From an uncultured Olsenella sp. (GTDB taxonomy: Bacteria > Actinomycetota > Coriobacteriia > Coriobacteriales > Atopobiaceae), in the NCBI GenBank assembly GCA_949296375.1, contig CASFQX010000020.1, forward strand, positions 249 to 64,248: DNA of 64,000 nt, given 5' to 3'. Within the stretch, counting starts at the first letter, position 1. Each line of letters starts with the position of its first letter. The position numbers were made by a program, and so were the translations under genes. The notes under the pieces were generated by a model, which was not told where the DNA came from, searched no databases, and saw only the letters and a list, made by a program, of their open reading frames with translations. Positions 1 through 9,170 of the stretch are shown here, piece after piece.

Positions 1-547
1 CGCCTATGACGACGGCACCGACGTGGAGGCCCGTGACCACATGGCCAACGCCTCCTGCCTCGCCGGCATGGCCTTCGCCAACGCCTTCCTCGGCGTGAAC
101 CACTCCATGGCCCACAAGCTCGGCGCCTATCACCACATCGCCCACGGCCTGGCCAACGCCGTCATCCTCACCCGCGTCATGCGCTACAACGCCGCTGAGC
201 GCCCGGTGAAGATGGGCACCTTCCCGCAGTACGATCACCCCAAGACCCTCGCTCGCTACGCCGAGGCCGGCCGCTTCTGCGGCATCCAGGGCAAGGATGA
301 CCGTGAGGTCTTCGAGAACTTCGTCAAGCGCATCGAGGAGCTCAAGGCTCACGTGGGCGTGCCCGAGACGATCGCCGGCTTTGGCGTCACCGAGGAGGAC
401 TTCCTCGCCACGCTCGACGAGATGTCCGAGAACGCGTTCAACGACCAGTGCACCGGCGCCAACCCGCGCTACCCGCTCGTGTCCGAGATCAAGGAGCTCT
501 ACCTCGACGCCTTCTACGGCCGTGAGCCCAGCTCCTACGAGGACTAG
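1..547 (+). CDS. adhE: Bifunctional acetaldehyde-CoA/alcohol dehydrogenase, C-terminal part (truncated by window start)
   Basis: Fe-ADH motifs AFANAFLGVNHSMAHKLG, HGLANA and the AdhE-type end DQCTGANPRYP; frame is open from the window edge. Confidence 0.9.
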   Translation, partial: AYDDGTDVEARDHMANASCLAGMAFANAFLGVNHSMAHKLGAYHHIAHGLANAVILTRVMRYNAAERPVKMGTFPQYDHPKTLARYAEAGRFCGIQGKDDREVFENFVKRIEELKAHVGVPETIAGFGVTEEDFLATLDEMSENAFNDQCTGANPRYPLVSEIKELYLDAFYGREPSSYED

Positions 548-586
548 TCCGCAAACGTTCTTCTCGTTGCCCAGAAGGAGGCAGCA

Positions 587-1360
587 ATGGAACTTTCTGA
601 CAGTAAGCAGGTCATCGTCGAGCGCCACAACAAGGCCGTCTACGTTGATGGCGACCGCATCGTCAAGGTCTTCAAGGCCACGAAGCCCGCGTCCGACGTC
701 TTCAACGAGGCGCTCAACATCGCCCGCGTCATCGAGGCTGGCGTTCGCGTCCCCAAGATCCTCGAGGTCTCTCAGGTTGCCGACGGCTCCTGGGCCCTCT
801 CCACGGAGTATGTCGAGGGCGTGACCATGCGCTCCCTGATGGATGCCGCCGAGGGCACCCCCGAGTACGATAAGCTCCTCGAGCAGTTCGTGGACTTCCA
901 GATCGAGATCCAGAACACCGTCGCTCCTGAGCTTCTCAAGGACCAGAAGACCAAGATCGCCGGCATGGTGGGCAAGGTCAAGGAGCTCGACCCGTCTGTC
1001 CGCTACGACCTCCAGATGCGTGCCGATCGCATGGCTCCCGGCCGTGCCATCTGCCACTGCGACTTCAACCCCTCGAACGTCATCGTCACCGAGGACGGTA
1101 CGCTCTACGCCTGCGACTGGACCCACGTCACCCGTGGCCTTCCCGAGGCTGACGCCGCGATGACCTACATCCTCTTCAAGATGTATCACGAGGCTCACGC
1201 TGAGGCCTACCTCGACCTCTTCTCCAAGAAGGCCGACGTTGCCAAGCAGAAGGTGCACTACTGGGTGCCCGTCATGGCAGCCGCCGAGCTCTCTCGCGGC
1301 CGCAAGGACTCCGAGGAGTTCCTCCGCGGTCAGGTCGACGCCGCCCTCGACATCGACTAG
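587..1360 (+). CDS. APH/choline kinase-like phosphotransferase
   Basis: Brenner motif HCDFNPSN, downstream DW, N-lobe IVKVF; RBS aggagg. Confidence 0.8.
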   Translation: MELSDSKQVIVERHNKAVYVDGDRIVKVFKATKPASDVFNEALNIARVIEAGVRVPKILEVSQVADGSWALSTEYVEGVTMRSLMDAAEGTPEYDKLLEQFVDFQIEIQNTVAPELLKDQKTKIAGMVGKVKELDPSVRYDLQMRADRMAPGRAICHCDFNPSNVIVTEDGTLYACDWTHVTRGLPEADAAMTYILFKMYHEAHAEAYLDLFSKKADVAKQKVHYWVPVMAAAELSRGRKDSEEFLRGQVDAALDID

Positions 1361-1383
1361 CGCTCGTCGCATCGCACGACTCG

Positions 1384-1416
1384 GGCCCGTCAGCCAATCG
1401 GCTGGCGGGCCTTTCT
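1384..1416 (+). terminator. Intrinsic terminator after the adhE-kinase pair
   Basis: ggcccgtcagcc-aatc-ggctggcgggcc hairpin followed by tttct. Confidence 0.65.
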
Positions 1417-1440
1417 CGTTTAGCTCTGGTTTCCACTTCC

Positions 1441-1508
1441 TCGAAACAGAAATACTGCACAGAATGGCCCTCCGATTGACTCGATTCTGTGCAGTATTTC
1501 TGTTTCGA
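1441..1508. repeat. Perfect 25-bp inverted repeat with 18-nt spacer
   Basis: tcgaaacagaaatactgcacagaat (1441-1465) / attctgtgcagtatttctgtttcga (1484-1508). Confidence 0.9.
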
Positions 1509-1523
1509 AGGTTCTTGGCGAAC

Positions 1524-2042
1524 CTAGTCGGCAGTTGGCGTCAGTCTGCGCACGTAGGTCGAAAAGTCAAACCCCACTCCCTCGGGCGTGAAGCCACCTT
1601 CTCGAACCTCGTCGACCTCCCAGGCGGGATCGGCGTCGAGGTTGGGGAAGAAGGTGTCACTTTCGCGTAGGCAGTGGTTGCGCGTCACGACTGCCTTCTC
1701 GCAGTGGGGGAGAAGCAGCTCGTAGACTTGCCCTCCGCCGATTACCCAGGCCTCATCCTCACCCGCGACGGTGTTGAGCGCCTCATCAACGGAGTGAACC
1801 ACCTCAACGCCCTCAGGCGAGAAGGACTCGTCTCTCGTAAGCACGACGTTGCGACGATTCTTGAGCGGACGCCCGCCCGGGAAGCTCTCGAGCGTCTTTC
1901 TGCCCATGATGACCGGGTGCCCTGTCGTGCAAGCAACAAAGTGCCGCATGTCCTCACGGTTCTCAACGACCATCCCGCCATCGAGACCGATGCCCCAGTC
2001 GTCGCACACCGCCACGATCGCACTCAACTTGCAGCTCATCAT
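1524..2042 (-). CDS. folA: Dihydrofolate reductase
   Basis: AIVAV..WGIG, VIMGRKTLESF, PLKNRRNVVLT, VIGGGQVY, DTFFP. Confidence 0.95.
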   Translation of the reverse strand: MMSCKLSAIVAVCDDWGIGLDGGMVVENREDMRHFVACTTGHPVIMGRKTLESFPGGRPLKNRRNVVLTRDESFSPEGVEVVHSVDEALNTVAGEDEAWVIGGGQVYELLLPHCEKAVVTRNHCLRESDTFFPNLDADPAWEVDEVREGGFTPEGVGFDFSTYVRRLTPTAD

Positions 2043-2129
2043 CTATACCTTTCTGTGGGTCATGGCCCGGTACAATGCTCCGTGTCCAAACAGCTTCGGC
2101 GCAAAGGACGCGCCTGCAGAACTGCGCGA

Positions 2130-2273
2130 GGGACAATGTGCCGGGCACGGTCTCGAGAAACGCATACGAGAGGGCGAGAAGGACATTGTCTCGCCGCGAG
2201 TTCTTGTCGCGTTTTCTGCGGCGAGCTGTCTGAGCACCGGGACATTGTCCTTCTTGTCCTTCTCGTCCTCTCG
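2130..2273. repeat. Intergenic element with three GGACAWTGTS near-palindromes and an inverted repeat
   Basis: Motif at 2131, 2181, 2240; gagagggcgagaaggaca (2168-2185) is inverted at 2255-2272 with 1 mismatch. Confidence 0.7.
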
Positions 2274-2281
2274 CCGGACGC

Positions 2282-3130
2282 TCAGACCGCGATCGGGATG
2301 TTCTTGACCTGCGGGCCGTGCTCGTAGTTCTCGACGATCAGGTCGTCGGTCGTGAAGTCGTAGAAGTCAGTGACCTCGGGGTTGAGGCGGACGGTGGGCG
2401 CCGGGTACGTGGGGCGCGAGATGAGCTCTCGCACGACGTCGACATGGCGGTCGTAGATGTGTGCGTCGGCGATCATGTGGACGAGCTCGCCGGCGTTCAT
2501 GTTCGAGACCTGGGCCACCATCATGAGCAGGATCGCGTACTGGCAGACGTTCCAGTTGTTGGCCGCGAGTACGTCCTGGCTGCGCTGGACGAGCACCATG
2601 TTGAGGGTGGGAAGGTCCTCGTCCGGCTCCTGCGTCACGTTGTAGATCGCGTTGTAGGCGCAGGGGTAGAGGTTCATCTCGAAGAGGTCGGCAAAGGTGT
2701 AGAGGTTCGTCATGATGCGGCGCGAGTAGGGGTTCTCTCGCAGGTCCTTGAGGACGCGGTCCATCTGGTCGAAGTCGCCGTCGGGGTAGTGGCTCTTCAC
2801 GCCCACCTGGTAGCCGTATGCCTTGCCGATTGAGCCCGTCTCATCCGCCCACTCGTCCCAGATGTGGGGCTTGAGGTCGTGAATGTTGTTGGACTTGCGC
2901 TGGTAGATCCAGAGCACCTCGTCCATGGCGGACTTGAGGGCTGTGCGACGCAGCGTGAGCGCGGGGAACTCCTCGCGAAGGTCGTAGCGGTTGCACACGC
3001 CGAAGCGCTTTATTGTGTAGGCGGGCGTGCCGTCCTCCCAGCGCGGGCGGACCTTCTGGCCCTCGGTGGTGGTGCCGTGCTCGATGATGTCCGAGCACAT
3101 GGAGATGAAGATGTCGTCCGCCTTGCTCAT
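2282..3130 (-). CDS. thyA: Thymidylate synthase
   Basis: SRRIM, LYPC catalytic Cys, QRSQD, DAHIYDRH, C-terminal IPIAV. Confidence 0.95.
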   Translation of the reverse strand: MSKADDIFISMCSDIIEHGTTTEGQKVRPRWEDGTPAYTIKRFGVCNRYDLREEFPALTLRRTALKSAMDEVLWIYQRKSNNIHDLKPHIWDEWADETGSIGKAYGYQVGVKSHYPDGDFDQMDRVLKDLRENPYSRRIMTNLYTFADLFEMNLYPCAYNAIYNVTQEPDEDLPTLNMVLVQRSQDVLAANNWNVCQYAILLMMVAQVSNMNAGELVHMIADAHIYDRHVDVVRELISRPTYPAPTVRLNPEVTDFYDFTTDDLIVENYEHGPQVKNIPIAV

Positions 3131-3145
3131 GGCGTTCCTCTCTTG

Positions 3146-3469
3146 TCAGGCGGTGAGCTCGGACCTGTTCTCGATGAATCGTCTGAAATAGTCGTTGTCG
3201 AGAAGTTCGTCGAGGTCACGGAGGTCCTCGGGATCAAGGGCCGTGTTGTTCAGGGCGATGTCCGTCGAGACGTAGCTGCCGAGCGATCCGATGATTCCGG
3301 TGACTAGAAGCGCGAAGAGAAGCATCAGTGCGGCGACGATGCCGAAGGCGACGTACGCGAACGGTCCGGAGTTCGAGTTGTCGGGATCGGTTGTTGCGCT
3401 CGCCGTCTCAATGATGCTCTGCGCACAAATCGGTGCTTGCGTCGCAGCGTTGTTGTCTAGATCGTTCAT
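3146..3469 (-). CDS. Small hypothetical membrane protein
   Basis: 107 aa with one central hydrophobic helix; RBS ggagg; co-oriented with neighbours. Confidence 0.65.
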   Translation of the reverse strand: MNDLDNNAATQAPICAQSIIETASATTDPDNSNSGPFAYVAFGIVAALMLLFALLVTGIIGSLGSYVSTDIALNNTALDPEDLRDLDELLDNDYFRRFIENRSELTA

Positions 3470-3519
3470 GCTCGCCTCCCCTCAGACCATCATATCAGGA
3501 CAAGGTCGGCGTCCCGCCC

Positions 3520-3942
3520 CTAGAGCAGCTGGTCGGAAAACGCCTCGTCCCAGTAGAAGCTGAGCTTGCGCATGAAGGCGAGGTCTGCGGGCAGCCACTC
3601 CACGTCGAAGAGCTCGTCTCGCGAGAGCCATCGAATCTCGTCGTGAATGCCCTCGGTGGCGGCGGGGGAGGCGTCTTTGGGGAGTGAACAGACGTAGCAG
3701 TCCATGGAGAGGTGGAAGGTCGGGTAGTCGTACTCAACCGTGTCGAGGAGCCACATCGATCCCGCGGAGCAGCCGAGCTCCTCCTCGAGCTCGCGCTTGA
3801 GGGTCTCCACGCCCGTCTCGCCTTCCTCGATCTTTCCCCCGGGGAGCTCCCAGAGCCCCTCGTTTGCCTCATCGGCTCTTCTCGCGGCAAGCAGCTTTCC
3901 GTCGCGGCAGATGAGGGCCGCGGATACGTGAACGGTCATCAC
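3520..3942 (-). CDS. NUDIX hydrolase, MutT-like
   Basis: Nudix box GGKIEEGETGVETLKRELEEELG; WLPAD. Confidence 0.9.
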   Translation of the reverse strand: MMTVHVSAALICRDGKLLAARRADEANEGLWELPGGKIEEGETGVETLKRELEEELGCSAGSMWLLDTVEYDYPTFHLSMDCYVCSLPKDASPAATEGIHDEIRWLSRDELFDVEWLPADLAFMRKLSFYWDEAFSDQLL

Positions 3943-3948
3943 TTCCCC

Positions 3949-4665
3949 TTACTGTGTTCTCAGACGGACGATGGCATACGTGAGCTCGCCCCCATCGGTG
4001 AGACAGACGTCATGGCCGTCCTCGCATTCGTAGACGAGTGGCACGACGGTGTCGCCGAGAAGCGCCATCCTCTTGTACTGTACGCTGATTCCAGCTATGG
4101 CGTCCTCGTTTCCGAGATCGCGGAGCGCCTCGACGGCGAACTTGATGTACTGGGCGTTGTTCGTGTGGTTGTTGGTGTCGAGGTGGTGCCGTCTCACGAC
4201 ACGTTTCGCGCAGCGCTTTGCCTCGCCGCTCGCTCGAAGCCTTCTGTCGAGCGGCGCCATGTCCGCGCGGGGTTCGTCGCTGAGGTAGATGCGCTGGTCA
4301 TCGGGGACGTGTCCGACATGGCCCGTCGTACGGTCGAAGACGAACCACTGAGAGTCCGCGATGGCGAGCGTGCGCCCGTCCTCGTCCTCGAGGGCGAAGC
4401 ACCTGAGGGCGTGAGAGCGCGTCATCTCGTAGCACCAGGTTCGAACGCGCACGCGCGTTCCGAGGGCGGGGAGCTCGGTGATGTCGATCCTCCAGTTAGC
4501 GAGGATCCACGCTATGCCGAGGGGCTCGAGCGTGGCAAACCCGTTGCCGAGGTCCTCGGACTGGAACGTCGAGCAGTCCTGGAGGTAGTTCACCATCGAG
4601 AAGATGGAGAGGCAACCGGTGTCGTCGCACTCGCTGTAGCGAATCCTTCCCTCGAACCCGTACAT
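3949..4665 (-). CDS. Acyl-ACP thioesterase family protein
   Basis: RIRYSECD, YLQD, LDTNNHTNNAQY; start placed at ATG 4665 after ggagg. Confidence 0.85.
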   Translation of the reverse strand: MYGFEGRIRYSECDDTGCLSIFSMVNYLQDCSTFQSEDLGNGFATLEPLGIAWILANWRIDITELPALGTRVRVRTWCYEMTRSHALRCFALEDEDGRTLAIADSQWFVFDRTTGHVGHVPDDQRIYLSDEPRADMAPLDRRLRASGEAKRCAKRVVRRHHLDTNNHTNNAQYIKFAVEALRDLGNEDAIAGISVQYKRMALLGDTVVPLVYECEDGHDVCLTDGGELTYAIVRLRTQ

Positions 4666-4795
4666 GGACCTCCCATCGATGTTTCTACCAGAAGAACCAT
4701 AGCACCCATAGGGCCCATGTGCGTGTGACAATGGCTTCTGACCCCTCAGTCGCGGAGGGGTATCATCGTGGGTACGAGAGAGGGGGGCGGTGGGT

Positions 4796-5851
4796 ATGGT
4801 GAGGTTTGCGACCATAGGCACGAGTGGGATAGCCGAGCAGTTCCTTCTTGCCCTGGCTGACGTTTGCGAGGCGGACTACGTTGCCTCCTATTCCAGGGAC
4901 CTGGCACGGGCAAGGGATTTTGGGACGCCATTTGGCGCACGTCTCTTCTTTGATGACATCGATGACCTCGTTAGCTGCGAGGACGTTGATGCCGTCTACA
5001 TCGCCAGTCCAAACGCCCTTCACGCCGAGCAGGCCCTCGCCGCGATTCGCCACGGCAAGCACGTGCTGGTGGAGAAGCCCTTTGCCTCAAACGAGGCCGA
5101 GGCCAGGCTTGTTTTCGACGAGGCGAGAAGGGCGGGCGTCGTTGCCCTGGAGGCAACGAGGAGCCTGCACGTCCCCGCTTTTTCCGCGATCGAGCGCATC
5201 GTTGCCGAAGACCTTGGACAGGTGAGGCTCGCGACGTTTCGGTTCTCTAAGGTGACCTCCCGCATCTCTCGCCTCAGGGCCGGAGAGCGGATCAACGTCT
5301 TCGACCCGCACCTCTCCGGTGGCGCCCTCATGGACATCGGCGTCTACTGCGTGGAGCCTGCTGTTGCGCTTTTTGGGCGCCCCGAGAGGGTCTGCGCGCT
5401 CGCGGTTACGTCGCCGGCTGTCGGGACATCGGGGGATGACCCCTGTTGCGTCATCGACCTCGCCGGCGAGGCCCTGCTCGGCTACGGTGACAAGGTCGTG
5501 AGCCTCTCCTACGGGAAGCTGAGCGACGACATCACTTCCTCGCAGGTTGAGGGGGAGAGCGGCACCCTCGCCTGGGACCAGGTGTCCTGCCCCGCGAACC
5601 TCAGGGTTCACGCGCACGAGGACCGCGGGATGGTCTTCAGGATGGAGGGCGCCTCAACGACCCCGGTCATGACCGAGCTCCCCGAACGTGACATGGCCTG
5701 CGAGATTCTCGACTTCGTCTCAGCGGTCCGGGGCGAGGGGGGCGCCCTCGCCGCAAGGGAGCGCTTTGAGACCGTCACCGTCGACTCGCTCGCCGTCATG
5801 GATGAGATACGCCGCCAGGTGGGCGTGAGCTTCCCCGCAGACGCGAGGTGA
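4796..5851 (+). CDS. Gfo/Idh/MocA family oxidoreductase
   Basis: IGTSGIA, YIASPNALH, GKHVLVEKP, GGALMDIGVY. Confidence 0.9.
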   Translation: MVRFATIGTSGIAEQFLLALADVCEADYVASYSRDLARARDFGTPFGARLFFDDIDDLVSCEDVDAVYIASPNALHAEQALAAIRHGKHVLVEKPFASNEAEARLVFDEARRAGVVALEATRSLHVPAFSAIERIVAEDLGQVRLATFRFSKVTSRISRLRAGERINVFDPHLSGGALMDIGVYCVEPAVALFGRPERVCALAVTSPAVGTSGDDPCCVIDLAGEALLGYGDKVVSLSYGKLSDDITSSQVEGESGTLAWDQVSCPANLRVHAHEDRGMVFRMEGASTTPVMTELPERDMACEILDFVSAVRGEGGALAARERFETVTVDSLAVMDEIRRQVGVSFPADAR

Positions 5852-5854
5852 GGT

Positions 5855-6562
5855 ATGTCCATCCGAACCAGCGTTGGGCCCGCCCTCTCGGCTGCTCTCC
5901 CCGTCATGCTCGGATACGTCACGATCGGCATCCCGTGCGGCGTCATGGAGGCGGAGGTGGGGCTGAGCCCGCTCATGGCCTTTCTTCTCTCCGCGAGCTT
6001 CTACTCGGGTGCGGGGCAGTTCATGATGTCCTCCCTCGCCCTGGTTGGGACTCCAATCCTCTCGATGGTCGCCAGCGTTTCCCTGGTGAGCACCCGTCAG
6101 TTGCTCTATTCCGCCGCGCTTTCGCCCTACTTGGCTGGCGCCTCAAGGCCCCTTGCCGCTCTCTTTGCCGCCACGGTCACCGACGAGAGCTTTGGGGTTA
6201 ACCTCGAGCGCTTCTCGGCTGACGACTCGTGGACTGCCGCCAAGGCGACGGCCGTTAACCTGCTTAGTATGTTCAGCTGGGCGTTCGCTAATGCCTTGGG
6301 TGCGCTCGTGGGGCCCGCGCTCGCCATTCCCACGGCTGTCATGTCCTTTGCCATGACGTCGATCTTCGTCTGCCTTCTTGCGTGTCGGGAGTGGGCAAGA
6401 AGGACGATCGCCTGCGCCGCGGCGTCTGTTCTCGGGGTCCTCGTCCTCAAGGCTCTGGGCCTCGGCTCAGTTGCCGTCCTCCTGGGCGCCCTCGCCGGGG
6501 TGGTCGCGGGGATTCTCCTGGGTCCTCGGGCGGGAGAGGGGGTCGCGCATGACCACGAGTGA
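5855..6562 (+). CDS. azlC: AzlC family branched-chain amino acid exporter permease
   Basis: ALPVMLGY, YSGAGQF, VTDESFG; hydrophobic. Confidence 0.85.
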   Translation: MSIRTSVGPALSAALPVMLGYVTIGIPCGVMEAEVGLSPLMAFLLSASFYSGAGQFMMSSLALVGTPILSMVASVSLVSTRQLLYSAALSPYLAGASRPLAALFAATVTDESFGVNLERFSADDSWTAAKATAVNLLSMFSWAFANALGALVGPALAIPTAVMSFAMTSIFVCLLACREWARRTIACAAASVLGVLVLKALGLGSVAVLLGALAGVVAGILLGPRAGEGVAHDHE

Positions 6563-6860
6563 GTTTCTCGTCTTCTACGGGTGCGTCCTCGCGGTCATTC
6601 TCGCGTGCCGATGCGTTCCGCTCCTTGCGCTCAAGGGGAGGGAGCTCTCGCCGCGCGTGAGCGACGCGCTCGGGCTCATTCCACCGGCGGCGTTTGCCGC
6701 CCTCGTCGCGAACGACCTCTTCGACCCGTCCAAGCCCTTCTCGTGGGAGCCCCTCGCGGCGGCGGTCGTCGTCCTTCTGGTGGCGAGAAGGACTGGGTCG
6801 CTGATATGGTGCGCGCTGGCAGGGATGGGCTCCTACGCGCTTCTGACGCTCGCTCTCTAG
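6549..6860 (+). CDS. azlD: AzlD family protein
   Basis: R..PL...IPPAAFAALV motif; overlaps the azlC end. Confidence 0.8.
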   Translation: MTTSEFLVFYGCVLAVILACRCVPLLALKGRELSPRVSDALGLIPPAAFAALVANDLFDPSKPFSWEPLAAAVVVLLVARRTGSLIWCALAGMGSYALLTLAL

Positions 6861-6890
6861 CCCCTTTGGCGGACGGGTCGAAACGCGGCG

Positions 6891-7862
6891 TTACTTGGGA
6901 TAGGCGATGACCTCGGATCCTCCGAAGCGGGACGTACCATCGTCCGCAGAGCCATAGGGGCTCATGGGATCAACGACGACACGCGCCGCGCCGGGAAGGA
7001 CACGCGCCTCGTAGGAGCGCGTCAGACCGGGCATGACCTCTCCGTCGACCTCGATGGGGGCGGGCTCGGAGGACTCGATCCTTATGTGGGAGCCGCGGAA
7101 GGACTCGATGTGGGGCCGCCCGATGGACTTGCCGCTCCTGTCGACGAGGCCGAACGCGAGGGGCTTGAGGAGCTGCGCGGCGTCCGAGGTCTCGACGACG
7201 ATGACGTCGAGCAGGCCGTCGTCCATCCTGCAGTCTGGGACGATCTGAATCTCACCCTGGATCATCGCGCTGTTGGCGACGAGGCAGGTGATTCCGTCAC
7301 GCTCATGGCGCACGCCGTCGACGGTGATGGTGAAGTGCTCGACCTTGGGCCGGGGGTTCGAGAGCGCCGCGGCGAAGTACGCCGCCTGTCCCATGATCGC
7401 CTTGTTGGGCAGGGCGGCCTGCATCAGCTGGGCATCGAATCCCGTTCCCGACATGAGGGCAAACCCTCGCCTGTAGGTGGAGCCCAGCTCCGGCGTCCAA
7501 GAGATCTCCCCCAGGTCGAGCTTTGTGGTCTTTCCGATTCTGCATGCCCGCGCGAGCGCCGAGGGCTCGGGCGCGTTGCCGATGTTCGCGCAGAGGAGGT
7601 TTGCGGTCCCGGAGGGAAAGATGCAGCACGGCACGTTCTTGTCGCGAAGCTCATAGAGCAGGGAGGAGATGGTCCCGTCTCCGCCCGAGAGGACGACGCA
7701 ATCGAATGCCTCGACGTCCGCGCACGCCACCTGAGGAATGAAGTCCGCATCGAGGACCCTCATGACGCACTCGTCTCCCTCATGAAGGAGGGAGCGCTCG
7801 AACTGGAAGACGGCGTCAGAGCCAAAGCCTGACCGCGGGTTGTGAATGACGAGAGTTCGCAC
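6891..7862 (-). CDS. Diacylglycerol/lipid kinase family protein
   Basis: HNPRSG, GGDGT, PSGTAN, GTGFDA, DDGLLDV, VDGE; GTG start. Confidence 0.9.
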   Translation of the reverse strand: MRTLVIHNPRSGFGSDAVFQFERSLLHEGDECVMRVLDADFIPQVACADVEAFDCVVLSGGDGTISSLLYELRDKNVPCCIFPSGTANLLCANIGNAPEPSALARACRIGKTTKLDLGEISWTPELGSTYRRGFALMSGTGFDAQLMQAALPNKAIMGQAAYFAAALSNPRPKVEHFTITVDGVRHERDGITCLVANSAMIQGEIQIVPDCRMDDGLLDVIVVETSDAAQLLKPLAFGLVDRSGKSIGRPHIESFRGSHIRIESSEPAPIEVDGEVMPGLTRSYEARVLPGAARVVVDPMSPYGSADDGTSRFGGSEVIAYPK

Positions 7863-7970
7863 GAATCTCCTCTCCGGCCCATGCCCACGATTGGGTATCA
7901 TGGGATGGCTTTGCGTCGAAGTTTGACCTCTAGTGTAACCCCAAATCCAAAGCGGGGAGAATCGAGCGAC

Positions 7971-9101
7971 TTGTACCTTTCCACTTCAAGCGAGCTCGCC
8001 GAGTTCTGCGAGCATGCCGCCTCCGCCAAAGTCATTGCGGTCGACACCGAGTTCCTGAGGGAGAGAACCTACTTTCCCAAGCTCTGCCTTGTTCAGGTTG
8101 CTGCTGCCGACAGGATCGCGGCGATAGACCCCATTCTCATCGACGACCTCACGCCGCTCGTCGAACTTCTCCGAGACGCCACGGTGACCAAGGTCTTCCA
8201 TGCGTGCAGCCAGGATCTTGAGGTGCTTCTCGACGGCCTGGGCGTGAGCTGCGCCCCGGTCTTTGACACGCAGCTCGCCGCCGCCTTCCTTGGTCTGCGG
8301 CAGCAGATCAGCTATGCCTCCCTCGTCGAGTCGTACTGCGGGGTGCGCCTGCCCAAGGCGGAGTCGCTCACCGACTGGTCGCGCAGGCCTCTCGATCCGG
8401 AGCAGCTTACCTATGCCGAGGACGACGTGAGGTATCTGCCCGGCATCTACGATCGCATGATGCTCGAGCTCGTTGAGAAGGACCGACTCTCATGGGTGGC
8501 GCCCGAGATGGGGCGTCTCTGTGACCCGGAGCGCCTGAGGCGCAGCCCGAGGGACGCCTACCTTCGCCTGCGGAGGGCGGGTTCGCTCACGCGCAGGCAG
8601 CTTGCCGTCGCCCGGGAGGTCTGCGCCTGGAGGGAGGACGTTGCCGCTCGGCGAGACCTGCCTCGCAAGTGGGTCGCCTCCGACGAGGTCGTTGTGGAGA
8701 TCTGCAAGCGGACCCCAACCTCGCTCGAGCGCCTGAGGAAGATTCGCGGCACCGACCAGATCTCTGAGCGCGATGCGCGCTCCCTGCTCGAGGCGGTCCG
8801 GGCAGGCGTGGTATGCGAGCCGGACGACTGCCCCAAGATCACGCGTCACGCCCGTCCGTCGGCAGACACGGAGAGCGTGATCGACCTCATGTACGCGGTG
8901 CTCCGCCTTGTGTCCGAACAGAGCGGCGTTGCCACTCAGCTCATCGCCACGCGAGACGACCTCCTTGAGTTCGTCCAGAACCGGGATGCGTCCCCGCTGG
9001 CTTGTGGGTGGAGATGGGAGCTCGCCGGGGCGACCCTCTCGAGGCTTCTCGAGGGGGAGGTTGGTCTGACCGTTCGCGAGGGAAGGCTCGAGCTCCTCTG
9101 A
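7971..9101 (+). CDS. rnd: Ribonuclease D
   Basis: AVDTEF, KVFHACSQD, FDTQLAA, TDWSRRPL, YAEDDV plus HRDC region; TTG start inferred. Confidence 0.9.
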   Translation: MYLSTSSELAEFCEHAASAKVIAVDTEFLRERTYFPKLCLVQVAAADRIAAIDPILIDDLTPLVELLRDATVTKVFHACSQDLEVLLDGLGVSCAPVFDTQLAAAFLGLRQQISYASLVESYCGVRLPKAESLTDWSRRPLDPEQLTYAEDDVRYLPGIYDRMMLELVEKDRLSWVAPEMGRLCDPERLRRSPRDAYLRLRRAGSLTRRQLAVAREVCAWREDVAARRDLPRKWVASDEVVVEICKRTPTSLERLRKIRGTDQISERDARSLLEAVRAGVVCEPDDCPKITRHARPSADTESVIDLMYAVLRLVSEQSGVATQLIATRDDLLEFVQNRDASPLACGWRWELAGATLSRLLEGEVGLTVREGRLELL

Positions 9102-9170
9102 CGCTCTCGGACGCGGTATTATCGTCCGCCCCCTCGGGTAGAATCGACTGAAAGTCGATTGGAGGATGAG

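Noticed and set aside
587-1360. Aminoglycoside resistance gene
   Set aside because: Only the generic kinase fold is evident; host-like codon usage and housekeeping context
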